A DNA stretch of 64,000 bases from Proteobacteria bacterium UBA5122 (GTDB lineage Bacteria; Pseudomonadota; Gammaproteobacteria; Tenderiales; Tenderiaceae), in contig DHYU01000080.1 in NCBI GenBank assembly GCA_002415485.1, positions 57,467-121,466 on the forward strand, read 5' to 3'. A program made the translations under genes and the position numbers. The notes below the pieces were generated by a model, which saw only the letters and a program-made list of their open reading frames with translations, was not told the origin of the DNA and searched no databases. Below are positions 19,001 through 27,316 of this stretch, one piece after another (within the stretch, counting starts at the first letter, position 1; every line of letters starts with the position of its first letter).

Positions 19001-20533
19001 ATGAATCTGAAAGTCAAAGTCTTGTCGTTGGCTGTTGCAACTGTATTGGCAGGATGTGCTGGTGCGCCGCAGAAAGATGAGGCTGTTCTGTCTACAGCTG
19101 TGCCGGCGGAATCGTTGGTGTCGCCAGTGGCTGAACAAGCGGCACCACTAGTTGAGGCAACAGTTGCGGACGTTGTCGAGGAGTCTGCGTCAGCCCCGGC
19201 AGATAGTCAGGCAGAGGTTTCGTCGCCAGCCGTGGAGGCGCCTGCGCCTGCGCCGATTGCAAGTACTACAGCACCCCAAAGCAAACCTCAGCCCGTCACG
19301 CCGTCATCACCGAATACATTTATCGTGGGCTCTTATCCTAAAACAGGAGATCATCCTGCTTTCGGGCGTGGTACTGATGTGGGGTTTGTTGTAAATGGTA
19401 AGGAAGGTGCTGATGTGGTTGTTACACGGGGGGAGGCCTATAAGTTTGAGGTGGATACCGGAGTACAGCACGATTTTTATCTGACGACCAATCCTGCAGG
19501 TTGGGGGGTTGGGGCCTATACCAATAGTGTCGAAGGTCAGTTCATTTACAAGGGTACGGTGGATTTTAAACCGGATGCTGAGACGCCGGATTTGCTGTAT
19601 TACCAATGCCGAAACCACAAGTATATGGGGGGCAAGATTTATGTCCTCGATAAAGGTGAAAGCTTGGCGCAGCTGAAGCAGACATTGGAGGCTGCAGATG
19701 CTGGAGCTGCGGCAAGTAAACCCCGGGCGCCAGCTAGAACCGTTAGTGAATCATCGGTCAAGCAAAAGCTAGGGTATGCCAAGATGGTATTGAGTTCTGG
19801 TAGTGCAAAGCGTGTCGAGGCGAGCGGCAATGCGGAGGCTATTGCGACATTGAAGCAAGCGCGGGATATGATTACCGGTGCCCAGAGTACGTTGGATGGT
19901 GGTTCGCCAGCGGATGCGATGGATCAGGTTGATGAGGGCTTGCGCCTGGTAACTGCTGCGTCGCGAATGATTACAACTGAAAGTGAAATGGCGGGTGTAA
20001 ATCATAAGGCGCAGCATGAAGAGCTTCTGAACTCGTTGTCTACTTACGAGAAATCTTATGCGCGTAACATGGAGCGCATAAAGAAAGCGAAGCAGCAACC
20101 CAAGAAGACCTTGGATGAAGCAGAGTACAATCGTTTGGTAGGCGAAGGTAAAGATTTGGGTGGCAAGGGTGATTATGTGAAGGCAAACAAGGCGTTGGAG
20201 CAGGCGCAGGCACTGATTACGTCTGTCCTGACCGACATGCTGCATGCCCAGACCGTAGTTTACGACAAGAACTTTGAGTCGCCTAAAGAAGAATATGAGT
20301 ACGAGCTGGCTCGCTTGGAGAGTTATGAAGAGTTGGTGCCGTTGGCGATAGACCAGAAGCAGCCAAAGCAGAGGACTCTCGACTTGGTTGATGGTTTTGT
20401 AGAGAAGGCAGCCAAAATTAAGGGTGAGGGGCTCGAGATTGCAGCCAAAGGCGACTATAAGATGGCAATTATGGCGATGCAGGCAGCGACCTCGAATATT
20501 CAGCGTGCATTGCGCATGATGGGTGTGAACTAA
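19001..20533 (+). CDS. lipoprotein with putative type-1 (blue) copper cupredoxin domain and long helical C-terminal domain
   Basis: GAGAGGA RBS. Lipobox LAGC|AG. Ala/Pro/Ser-rich linker. His codon at 19469 (VQHDF) and C-x2-H-x2-M (YYQCRNHKYMGGKIYV; Cys 19607, His 19616, Met 19625) resemble amicyanin CTPHPFM. About 300 helical residues follow, with three G(D/S)..A...L(E/D).(A/G)..L(I/V)T-like modules. Confidence 0.6.
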   Translation: MNLKVKVLSLAVATVLAGCAGAPQKDEAVLSTAVPAESLVSPVAEQAAPLVEATVADVVEESASAPADSQAEVSSPAVEAPAPAPIASTTAPQSKPQPVTPSSPNTFIVGSYPKTGDHPAFGRGTDVGFVVNGKEGADVVVTRGEAYKFEVDTGVQHDFYLTTNPAGWGVGAYTNSVEGQFIYKGTVDFKPDAETPDLLYYQCRNHKYMGGKIYVLDKGESLAQLKQTLEAADAGAAASKPRAPARTVSESSVKQKLGYAKMVLSSGSAKRVEASGNAEAIATLKQARDMITGAQSTLDGGSPADAMDQVDEGLRLVTAASRMITTESEMAGVNHKAQHEELLNSLSTYEKSYARNMERIKKAKQQPKKTLDEAEYNRLVGEGKDLGGKGDYVKANKALEQAQALITSVLTDMLHAQTVVYDKNFESPKEEYEYELARLESYEELVPLAIDQKQPKQRTLDLVDGFVEKAAKIKGEGLEIAAKGDYKMAIMAMQAATSNIQRALRMMGVN

Positions 20534-20569
20534 TAGCACGACCTTACTTCGTTGTGTATAGTACGTCAG

Positions 20570-20597
20570 TCAGGGGCTCATGCCCCTGATTGATTTT
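20570..20597 (+). terminator. rho-independent terminator-like hairpin after the cupredoxin lipoprotein gene
   Basis: TCAGGGGCtcatGCCCCTGA followed by ttgatttt. Confidence 0.6.
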
Positions 20598-20626
20598 GTC
20601 AGCTATGCGAATTAACTAATTTGATC

Positions 20627-21220
20627 ATGAGTAGCTTAAAGTTTAAACGAGTGGCGAAATTCGTCTTGGTAGCGCTGGCATTGGTGTCGATGCCGCGTGT
20701 TGCTCAGTTACAAGAAAAGTTTGAAGGTGATTTCTGGAATTCCGGGGAGCACTTTCAAACTGAGGGCAAGGTAGTGCCTGTGGCGGAAGATGGCATCCAC
20801 GATCCGACAAATGATGCCGTACGAGTTTTACAGGAGCCGGTGGAGGCGATGGCTGACTTCCCTCGTGATAATTCCGGTGTCATTGACTGGGTAAAGACAT
20901 TGGATGAGGGGTTGATCTCTCCACGTGCCAGTAAACTGGGCGATGAAGAGATGCATGCGGTCGATTTCGATGTCATCTTCAAGAATACTCAGTCCATGCC
21001 TTATGTGCGTTATCCACATAAACAGCATACAGAGTGGTTGACGTGTGAAAACTGCCATCCACAGATATTTTTACCGCAAATAGGGGGTAACCCTGTCACC
21101 ATGTCAGCGATTATGCAGGGTGAATATTGTGGTGTTTGCCATGGAAAGGTTGCCTTTCCCCCAAGTAAGAACTGTGGCCGATGCCATTCAGTGCCCCGCG
21201 AAAATCCTGGCTTAAGATAA
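20627..21220 (+). CDS. trihaem c7-type cytochrome with N-terminal extension (paralogue of 18172-18843)
   Basis: YPHKQHTEWLTCENCH, CGVCH(GKV), CGRCH. It shares EDGIHD, VLQ.P.EA and (V/I)DWVK motifs with the 18172 protein. Confidence 0.85.
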   Translation: MSSLKFKRVAKFVLVALALVSMPRVAQLQEKFEGDFWNSGEHFQTEGKVVPVAEDGIHDPTNDAVRVLQEPVEAMADFPRDNSGVIDWVKTLDEGLISPRASKLGDEEMHAVDFDVIFKNTQSMPYVRYPHKQHTEWLTCENCHPQIFLPQIGGNPVTMSAIMQGEYCGVCHGKVAFPPSKNCGRCHSVPRENPGLR

Positions 21221-22335
21221 ATTCTGTATGGTTCGCCGCCGTGTTTTTGATGGCAGGGTGTTCCTCGACAGGAGAAAAGGCTTCCGGGCCTGAGGTGCAG
21301 ACTGATTCTCAAACGGCTGAACTGCTGGAACTGTTCGAAGGCTTTGGTGAGGAGTCAGTTGGGGGGGATGCAGAGGTCGAGCCAGAAGTTGGTGTGGGGA
21401 TCACCGATATCAGTGTACTTGAGGAGTTGGGTGCGGGGAGTGATGCATTCGATGACTCAGAGTTAAAAATCCCTGAGGTCAATTTTGTTAGCCCTGTGCA
21501 TGTGGCTGCGTGGGATGTTATTCAAGGTGGCCATGTGGGGGCGGCCATTATCAGTGGTAGACAGATTCACCAGTTGACGCGTCCTGTGGCGGTGGCGACG
21601 CGCGGAGAATATGTCTATATCGTTGATGAAGGTGTTGATGCTGTATTACGGTTTGATTTGGCAAGTCGTCGCCTAGAGCAGGTATTGGATTTGCGCGCAG
21701 CTGTGACCGGGGCCGCCGCCGACATTTACGTAAACCCAGATTTTTCTTTCTATCTAACCGATACAGATGGCAGTCGTGTTTTGTTGTACGATCGTCATGG
21801 GCGCATGATTCAGGAATTCAAGAACTACTTCAATATGGTCAAGCCGGTTGCACTGGGTTTGCTGGAAGGGGGAGATCTGGTGGTTGCTGATGCCCATTAT
21901 GATCATGTCTTGCGCTTTAATTCTGCTGGGACTTTGCTCGCAACCTATGGTGGGCGCGGGACCGAATCAGGCAAGTTTCTCAATATCACAGTGATGGCGA
22001 CCGGGCCGGATGGTATGTATGTCGGAACGCGGGTGGGGCGTCATGTGCAAGTGATAGGTGCTGACGGGATGTATCGCTATTCATTTGAAGAGGCTGCGTT
22101 GGCATTTCCTTCTGCGATTGTGGTTGATGACATGAATCGTAGTTATGTGGCTGATTATATGGATAACACGATCAAGGTGTTTGATCGGGGCCGCCTGGTG
22201 ACAACCCTGGGTGGTCATGGCGCAGGTCCGGGCAGATTTATGCGCGTGACCGATATGTGGCTGGACGGTGAATTTTTGTATGTGGTGGATAGTTTGAATG
22301 CCCGCATACAGATTGGCCACTTGCTGCCTGAATAA
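21181..22335 (+). CDS. NHL-repeat beta-propeller lipoprotein
   Basis: Lipobox LMAGC|SS. Repeated NHL-like units (..YVYIVDEGVDAVLRF.., GKFLNITVMATGPDGMYVG, GRFMRVTDMWLDGEFLYVVDSLNARIQI). The start overlaps the previous gene by 40 nt. Confidence 0.75.
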   Translation: MPFSAPRKSWLKINSVWFAAVFLMAGCSSTGEKASGPEVQTDSQTAELLELFEGFGEESVGGDAEVEPEVGVGITDISVLEELGAGSDAFDDSELKIPEVNFVSPVHVAAWDVIQGGHVGAAIISGRQIHQLTRPVAVATRGEYVYIVDEGVDAVLRFDLASRRLEQVLDLRAAVTGAAADIYVNPDFSFYLTDTDGSRVLLYDRHGRMIQEFKNYFNMVKPVALGLLEGGDLVVADAHYDHVLRFNSAGTLLATYGGRGTESGKFLNITVMATGPDGMYVGTRVGRHVQVIGADGMYRYSFEEAALAFPSAIVVDDMNRSYVADYMDNTIKVFDRGRLVTTLGGHGAGPGRFMRVTDMWLDGEFLYVVDSLNARIQIGHLLPE

Positions 22336-22369
22336 TCAAAACAATGTTTTCGCAGTGTGTCTCGGATGA

Positions 22370-23539
22370 ATGCTGATGTGGATGCTGCGATCAATCTCCA
22401 TTCCTAACCTTTCTGTTCAATGGCCGCTAGTGGTTGTTGCCGCCTTTCTGTCCTTGCAGTTGACGGGGTGTGCACAGTTACCGGCGACATTTGAATATCA
22501 AAACCCGATTGCCAGCCAGGGTGAGGCTGTATGGCCGGCGCCCCCCGAGCAGGCGCGTTTTCGTTTTGTTGGTGAGGTGACGGGGGAAGAAAATCTTGTC
22601 CGTCCCGGCGAGGAGGTGCGCAATGTGGGGGTGCGCATGTTGCGATGGTTGGTCGGTCTTTCGCGGCAAAAATCATCGCCGGTCATTCTTCAGCGGCCGC
22701 AGGCGGTCATCACCGATGGGGCGGGGCGTATCTATGTCTCAGATGTAAGTCGCCAAGCGGTATATGTGTTTGATCGCACGCGTGCAGAGCTAGCGGTATG
22801 GGAATACGCGGCAGAAGGGGTGCGTTTTAAAATCCCAGTGGGTTTGAGTCTGGCGGATGATGGTTCATTGTATGTTGCTGATGCTGGTTTGAAGGCGATC
22901 GTACGCCTGGGTCAGCAAGGTGAGCCACTGGCCTTGCTGGGGGTGGGGGAGTTGATACACCCGGCCGGGGTGGTTTGGAGTAATGAGCATCAGCGTCTAT
23001 ATGTCGCTGATCGGGGCGCCAATAGCATCAAGGCTTTTTCCTTGGATGACCGACTATTGTTTAGCTTCGGTGGCCATGGTGAGCGGGAAGGGATGTTGAA
23101 TGGTCCGACTTATCTGACGTGGCATGCCAATGAACTGTATGTGACAGACACATTGAACTCACGCATACAGATTTTTAATCCCGAGGGAGAGTTTGTGCGC
23201 GGTTTTGGGCGGCGCGGGATGTATCTGGGAGATTTGCCTCGCCCCAAGGGGCTGGCAGTGGGACCCAATGGCAATATCTACGTAGTGGAATCCTATTACG
23301 ACTATTTGTTAGTATTCAACCCCAAAGGGGAGTTTCTGCTGCCGATTGGAGGTAGCGGATACGGGATAGGTCAGTTTTACCTGCCAGCAGGGGTGTGGGC
23401 AGATGAAGCCGGCTTGGTTTATGTGGCCGATACATTTAATGGCCGGATCAAGGTGTTTGAGTCTGTTGAAGAACCGGATGAGCCAGAAGCGAATCGGGGC
23501 GAAAGTCCTGTGGGTACTGAGCGCGCTGCTGGCAGCTAA
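22370..23539 (+). CDS. NHL-repeat beta-propeller lipoprotein
   Basis: Lipobox LQLTGC|AQ. NHL units: RIYVSDVSRQAVYVF, SLYVADAGLKAIVRL, RLYVADRGANSIKAF, ELYVTDTLNSRIQIF, NIYVVESYYDYLLVF, LVYVADTFNGRIKVF. Confidence 0.75.
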   Translation: MLMWMLRSISIPNLSVQWPLVVVAAFLSLQLTGCAQLPATFEYQNPIASQGEAVWPAPPEQARFRFVGEVTGEENLVRPGEEVRNVGVRMLRWLVGLSRQKSSPVILQRPQAVITDGAGRIYVSDVSRQAVYVFDRTRAELAVWEYAAEGVRFKIPVGLSLADDGSLYVADAGLKAIVRLGQQGEPLALLGVGELIHPAGVVWSNEHQRLYVADRGANSIKAFSLDDRLLFSFGGHGEREGMLNGPTYLTWHANELYVTDTLNSRIQIFNPEGEFVRGFGRRGMYLGDLPRPKGLAVGPNGNIYVVESYYDYLLVFNPKGEFLLPIGGSGYGIGQFYLPAGVWADEAGLVYVADTFNGRIKVFESVEEPDEPEANRGESPVGTERAAGS

Positions 23540-26252
23540 CGTTCACGCCTCCGATCGTATTTCAGACATACGCAATACCAAGCATAACTTCTCTGCGACG
23601 GTGGTTCCGGCGTTGCCGGACGGTGCTGCTCGTGATGTGTTTGCCGTTAACGAATCACAGATTTGTGCCTTTTGTCATACGCCTCATGCGGCGACACAGG
23701 CGCCAACAGCGCCGATCTGGAACCGTCGTTTGGATGGTCAGACCTATACCCCTTATACCTCGACCTCGATGGATGCCATCGACATCGGTCAACCCAACAC
23801 CAAGTCCAAATTGTGTTTGTCATGTCATGATGGCACGTTGGCGATTGGATCGGTCAATGTATTGAATCGACAGGAATCGCCCACAGTGCTGATGACAGGG
23901 GTACGCGCTGATGGATCAATGCCTCCTGGTGCGGGAGAGAGAACAGGCTTTACTCGCCTTTTGGGGACTGACCTGAGTAATGACCATCCGATCTCGTTTA
24001 CATACGATGCAGCGCAGGCAATGCGCGATGGTGAGCTGCGTTATCCCAATCAAGAATCCTTTCTTGGAGAGCGCTCTCCAGGCACACGACCACTGTTGCC
24101 ACTTGAAAATAATCAAATGGAATGCGTGACCTGTCACGATCCACATATCCGTGGCAATGATGGCGAGAACGTAAAGTTTTTACGTGTGAATCGTTTTCAA
24201 CAGGCAGCTCCCGTAGAAGGGCGCTTTGATCAGGCCAATGATGTTATTTGTATGGCCTGTCACGAGAAGGCTGGCTGGGCCTTGTCTGCTCACGCCAATC
24301 CCTCTGTTGCCAATGAGGTGTATACCGATGCCGCCGCGGATTTGCGTGAGTTTCCACGCAATACCCAGGTTTGGCAGGCCGCATGTTTTAACTGCCATGA
24401 CCCTCATACGGTTCAAGGCTCACGTCGTCTGCTGCGTGAAGGGACGGATGATGCAGGTTTGATCCATGCCAGTGGTTTGCGTGTAAAGCAAGGTGGAGAG
24501 CCTGCGATCGAAGAAACCTGTTACGCCTGCCATTCGGCGGATGGCGGGGTGTTGCAGGGACAAGGATCCGCTAATTTCCAAGTGCCTGACGTAAAAACAG
24601 ACTTTACGACCATGCGTATTCATATGCCGATCTCCAGCAGAGATCAGCCTGCTGGAGAAGAGCGGCACTCAATTGGAACGGCCACTCAGTTTCCGCAAAA
24701 TGGCCAAGACTTCATGGAATCGCAAGAGCTTTTGGGGAAAGGTAATCTAGAAAATCGGCATGCAGAATGTACGGACTGCCATAATCCGCATCGAGTGACC
24801 CAAAATCGTCTCTTTAATGCCGATCCGACCATTGGTGATGGGCAGGGTACGCACAATCATGGCGGGGGCAGTGGCGATATTGCGCATAACCCGGCGACCG
24901 TGGGGGCCGATGGCGATTTCATTCCGGCCGGCGTGCACAACAATCTTGCGTCAGGGGTGCTCCGTGGTACCTGGGGGGTTGAGCCTGTGTATGCGAGCAC
25001 GGTATTTACGGCGCAGCCGGTGGCGTTTGAGGTAAAACGGGGTGATCCTGGTATAGGTGGTGGTACAGATGTGACGGAACCATATGTGACGCGCGAGTAC
25101 CAAGTGTGTATGAAATGTCACTCTAATTACGGTTACGACACGCCACCACCGTTAGGGACGAACCACTCAGGGGGGACGCCTCCTGGGACCAATAGCCTGT
25201 TTGTCTACACAAATCAGGGGGCGGAGTATCAGTCGCCGAGTGATCATAAGGGAGAGTTTAGAAACTCTGCACCGGCCACGCCGACCGGCGCATATGCAGG
25301 TATTGTCGGTGAGTGTGCTGAGGTCAATACAGGTTTCCTCAATAAGACGAGTGATGGTGCCTATGTCGGCAGTAAGTCAGACCCGCAGCGACACCCACCG
25401 GCTGGATACTTGGATCCACAGAATAACTGCGTTAACTACGTGACGGAAAACCATCGATCCTGGCATCCGGTGATCAAGTCGACTGGCCGCACCCCTTCGG
25501 TGCGTGGTGAGGTCGTGGATCTGGACCCGAATGATTGGTTGCCGCCGTTTAATGCTGGAGTCGGTGTACAGACCATGTATTGTACCGACTGCCACGGGTC
25601 GGATACTCCCAATAGAACGGTCGTGCCTCATGGTGGAGATCAGGGCATGGTATGGGGGCCGCATGGCTCCGATCATAACTTCTTGTTGAAGGGGCAGTGG
25701 GACGAAAATACAGGCACCAATCAATCTGATGCACTGTGCTTTAAGTGTCACGATTACAACTTCTATGGCAAAAACTTTGGTGCTGCCAATACCGGCGGGA
25801 TTCAGACTCAGACATCCGGCTTTAGTCGTCAATTGGGTGGGCCGGGGGCATGTTTGTTGGTGCCAGATCAAAACTTGCATACAGGCCATGCCAACCGGAA
25901 TGGTGGTAACGGCGTACAGAATTTTCGCTGTAATTTCTGCCATATTGCGATCCCGCATGGCTGGAAGAATAAAAACTTCCTGGCCAATCTGAATGACATC
26001 GGTCCGGAGATACCGGGAGTGTTGACAGGCGGCAATCAGGTGCGAAACAAGACGAATGTGCGTTATTACCGCGGCCCATACTACAACGGTACGGTACTGA
26101 AGGTGGTCAACTTCAAGCGTTCGGGGGCTTGGGAGCATTTCAGTTGTGGCTCTGCCGGGACACCAGGGAATGGTCAGGTCGGCGGGAATGGTAATCAGGC
26201 CTGGATGACCCATATCGGCGCCGAGAGCGAGAGCTGCGCTAACATCCCATGA
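23478..26252 (+). CDS. undecahaem (11 x CXXCH) c-type cytochrome, 924 aa
   Basis: Signal peptide MSQKRIGAKVLWVLSALLAANVHA. CXXCH motifs: CAFCH, CLSCH, CVTCH, CMACH, CFNCH, CYACH, CTDCH, CMKCH, CTDCH, CFKCH, CNFCH. The start was moved from 23403 to ATG 23478, in front of the signal peptide. Confidence 0.88.
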   Translation: MSQKRIGAKVLWVLSALLAANVHASDRISDIRNTKHNFSATVVPALPDGAARDVFAVNESQICAFCHTPHAATQAPTAPIWNRRLDGQTYTPYTSTSMDAIDIGQPNTKSKLCLSCHDGTLAIGSVNVLNRQESPTVLMTGVRADGSMPPGAGERTGFTRLLGTDLSNDHPISFTYDAAQAMRDGELRYPNQESFLGERSPGTRPLLPLENNQMECVTCHDPHIRGNDGENVKFLRVNRFQQAAPVEGRFDQANDVICMACHEKAGWALSAHANPSVANEVYTDAAADLREFPRNTQVWQAACFNCHDPHTVQGSRRLLREGTDDAGLIHASGLRVKQGGEPAIEETCYACHSADGGVLQGQGSANFQVPDVKTDFTTMRIHMPISSRDQPAGEERHSIGTATQFPQNGQDFMESQELLGKGNLENRHAECTDCHNPHRVTQNRLFNADPTIGDGQGTHNHGGGSGDIAHNPATVGADGDFIPAGVHNNLASGVLRGTWGVEPVYASTVFTAQPVAFEVKRGDPGIGGGTDVTEPYVTREYQVCMKCHSNYGYDTPPPLGTNHSGGTPPGTNSLFVYTNQGAEYQSPSDHKGEFRNSAPATPTGAYAGIVGECAEVNTGFLNKTSDGAYVGSKSDPQRHPPAGYLDPQNNCVNYVTENHRSWHPVIKSTGRTPSVRGEVVDLDPNDWLPPFNAGVGVQTMYCTDCHGSDTPNRTVVPHGGDQGMVWGPHGSDHNFLLKGQWDENTGTNQSDALCFKCHDYNFYGKNFGAANTGGIQTQTSGFSRQLGGPGACLLVPDQNLHTGHANRNGGNGVQNFRCNFCHIAIPHGWKNKNFLANLNDIGPEIPGVLTGGNQVRNKTNVRYYRGPYYNGTVLKVVNFKRSGAWEHFSCGSAGTPGNGQVGGNGNQAWMTHIGAESESCANIP

Positions 26253-27316
26253 GGTGGCTGAGACGCCTGGCCTCCACCCGTTTGACCTTGGTGGGGATGG
26301 TGCTGCTAGCCATCGGCGCTGGGCTCAGTTATGACAACCCTGAGCACATGCCGGTGTGGGTGCTGGCCACGCCGATGGCCTTGCTGGCACTCAATCTCAG
26401 CGCCGCTATCGTAGTTTATCCTGCTATTTACCGGAATCCGGGGTTGCTGGTGTTCCATCTGGGGCTGCTGGGGATCTGTGTGTTGGCAGCTATTGGTCGG
26501 CTTACTCATTATGAGGCCCATGTTGAGATGAGCAAGGGCCAGATATTTGCAACTGAGGCGGCAAACGATGTCCGGCATGGCCCTTTGCATATGGGTGATC
26601 TGGATTCTGTTCGTTTTGTGCAGGGGCCATGGACGGTGGACTACACTTCGCGTCTGACGCGTGGGCCGACACGCAGCCATGTCCTGGTGCCTGATGAGCA
26701 AGAGGGCTGGCAGGAGATTATTGTCGGTGACGACACACCGATGATCCTCGAAGGTTTTCGCTTCTATACCACCTTCAATAAGGGGTTTGCTGCGGTCCTG
26801 ACCTGGATTCCGGATGAAGGCGAGGCCGTGACGGGCACCATTCATATGCCCTCTTTTCCATTGTTTGACTACAAACAATCCAATAGTTGGCAGCCGCCAG
26901 GCGGTCAGGAGATCAAGTTCTGGCTGCGCTTACAGACAGCATATGACATTGATGGCAGTTGGACCCTTGATGGTAAGACCTCGAGTGCCAAATTGGTTGT
27001 CAACACGGGAGAGGAGCGACATGAACTTGATCCCGGTCAGGCGGTCCCTATGGAGGGTGGTCAGCTGCGTTTCGATGAGCTGACGACATGGATGGGATAT
27101 CGTATTTTTTATGATCCGACACTCTTCGGCCTGTTTATTTCGTCTATGTTGTCGGTGCTAGGGCTGTGTCTGCACTACTGGCGCAAGTTTGCGCATAAGC
27201 CGTTGGCAACCGAGGTATTGTACGGTCGTGACAACGTGTCAGCACCTGGAGTTACACACAAGACCGACGCGGATGCGCCGGTTCAAGCGAATCAACGAAA
27301 CACGGTACATTTATGA
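26249..27316 (+). CDS. ccsB: cytochrome c biogenesis protein CcsB/ResB (System II), short form
   Basis: N-terminal LASTRLTLVGMVLLAIGAGLS transmembrane segment, a second one with conserved His (VFHLGLLGICVLA), a soluble middle section and a C-terminal transmembrane segment. ATGA overlaps on both sides (undecahaem gene and ccsA). Confidence 0.75.
   Translation: MRWLRRLASTRLTLVGMVLLAIGAGLSYDNPEHMPVWVLATPMALLALNLSAAIVVYPAIYRNPGLLVFHLGLLGICVLAAIGRLTHYEAHVEMSKGQIFATEAANDVRHGPLHMGDLDSVRFVQGPWTVDYTSRLTRGPTRSHVLVPDEQEGWQEIIVGDDTPMILEGFRFYTTFNKGFAAVLTWIPDEGEAVTGTIHMPSFPLFDYKQSNSWQPPGGQEIKFWLRLQTAYDIDGSWTLDGKTSSAKLVVNTGEERHELDPGQAVPMEGGQLRFDELTTWMGYRIFYDPTLFGLFISSMLSVLGLCLHYWRKFAHKPLATEVLYGRDNVSAPGVTHKTDADAPVQANQRNTVHL

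Noticed and set aside
19769-20539. 256-aa ORF antisense to the C-terminal half of the cupredoxin-lipoprotein gene, and a 278-aa ORF (25377-26213) antisense to the undecahaem gene.
   Set aside because: The sense frames carry a lipobox plus Cu-ligand motif and 11 CXXCH motifs respectively. The antisense frames show no signal peptides or motifs and would break the operon structure.
13967-23477. Longer upstream start codons offered by the ORF track for several cluster genes (13967, 17714, 18923, 20621, 23403).
   Set aside because: In each case an internal ATG sits directly in front of a clean signal peptide or lipobox, often with a better-placed RBS (for example GAGGAGA before 17732 and GAGAGGA before 19001). 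The N-terminal extensions look non-native.
14015-26252. Search for non-canonical haem-binding motifs (CXXCK, CX3CH, CX4CH, CX15CH) that would explain the adjacent CcsBA lyase.
   Set aside because: Reading the five cytochrome sequences, I found only standard CXXCH motifs. The isolated Cys residues in the C-terminal part of the undecahaem protein are not followed by His in a lyase-type pattern. The idea is kept only as an open question in the CcsBA finding.
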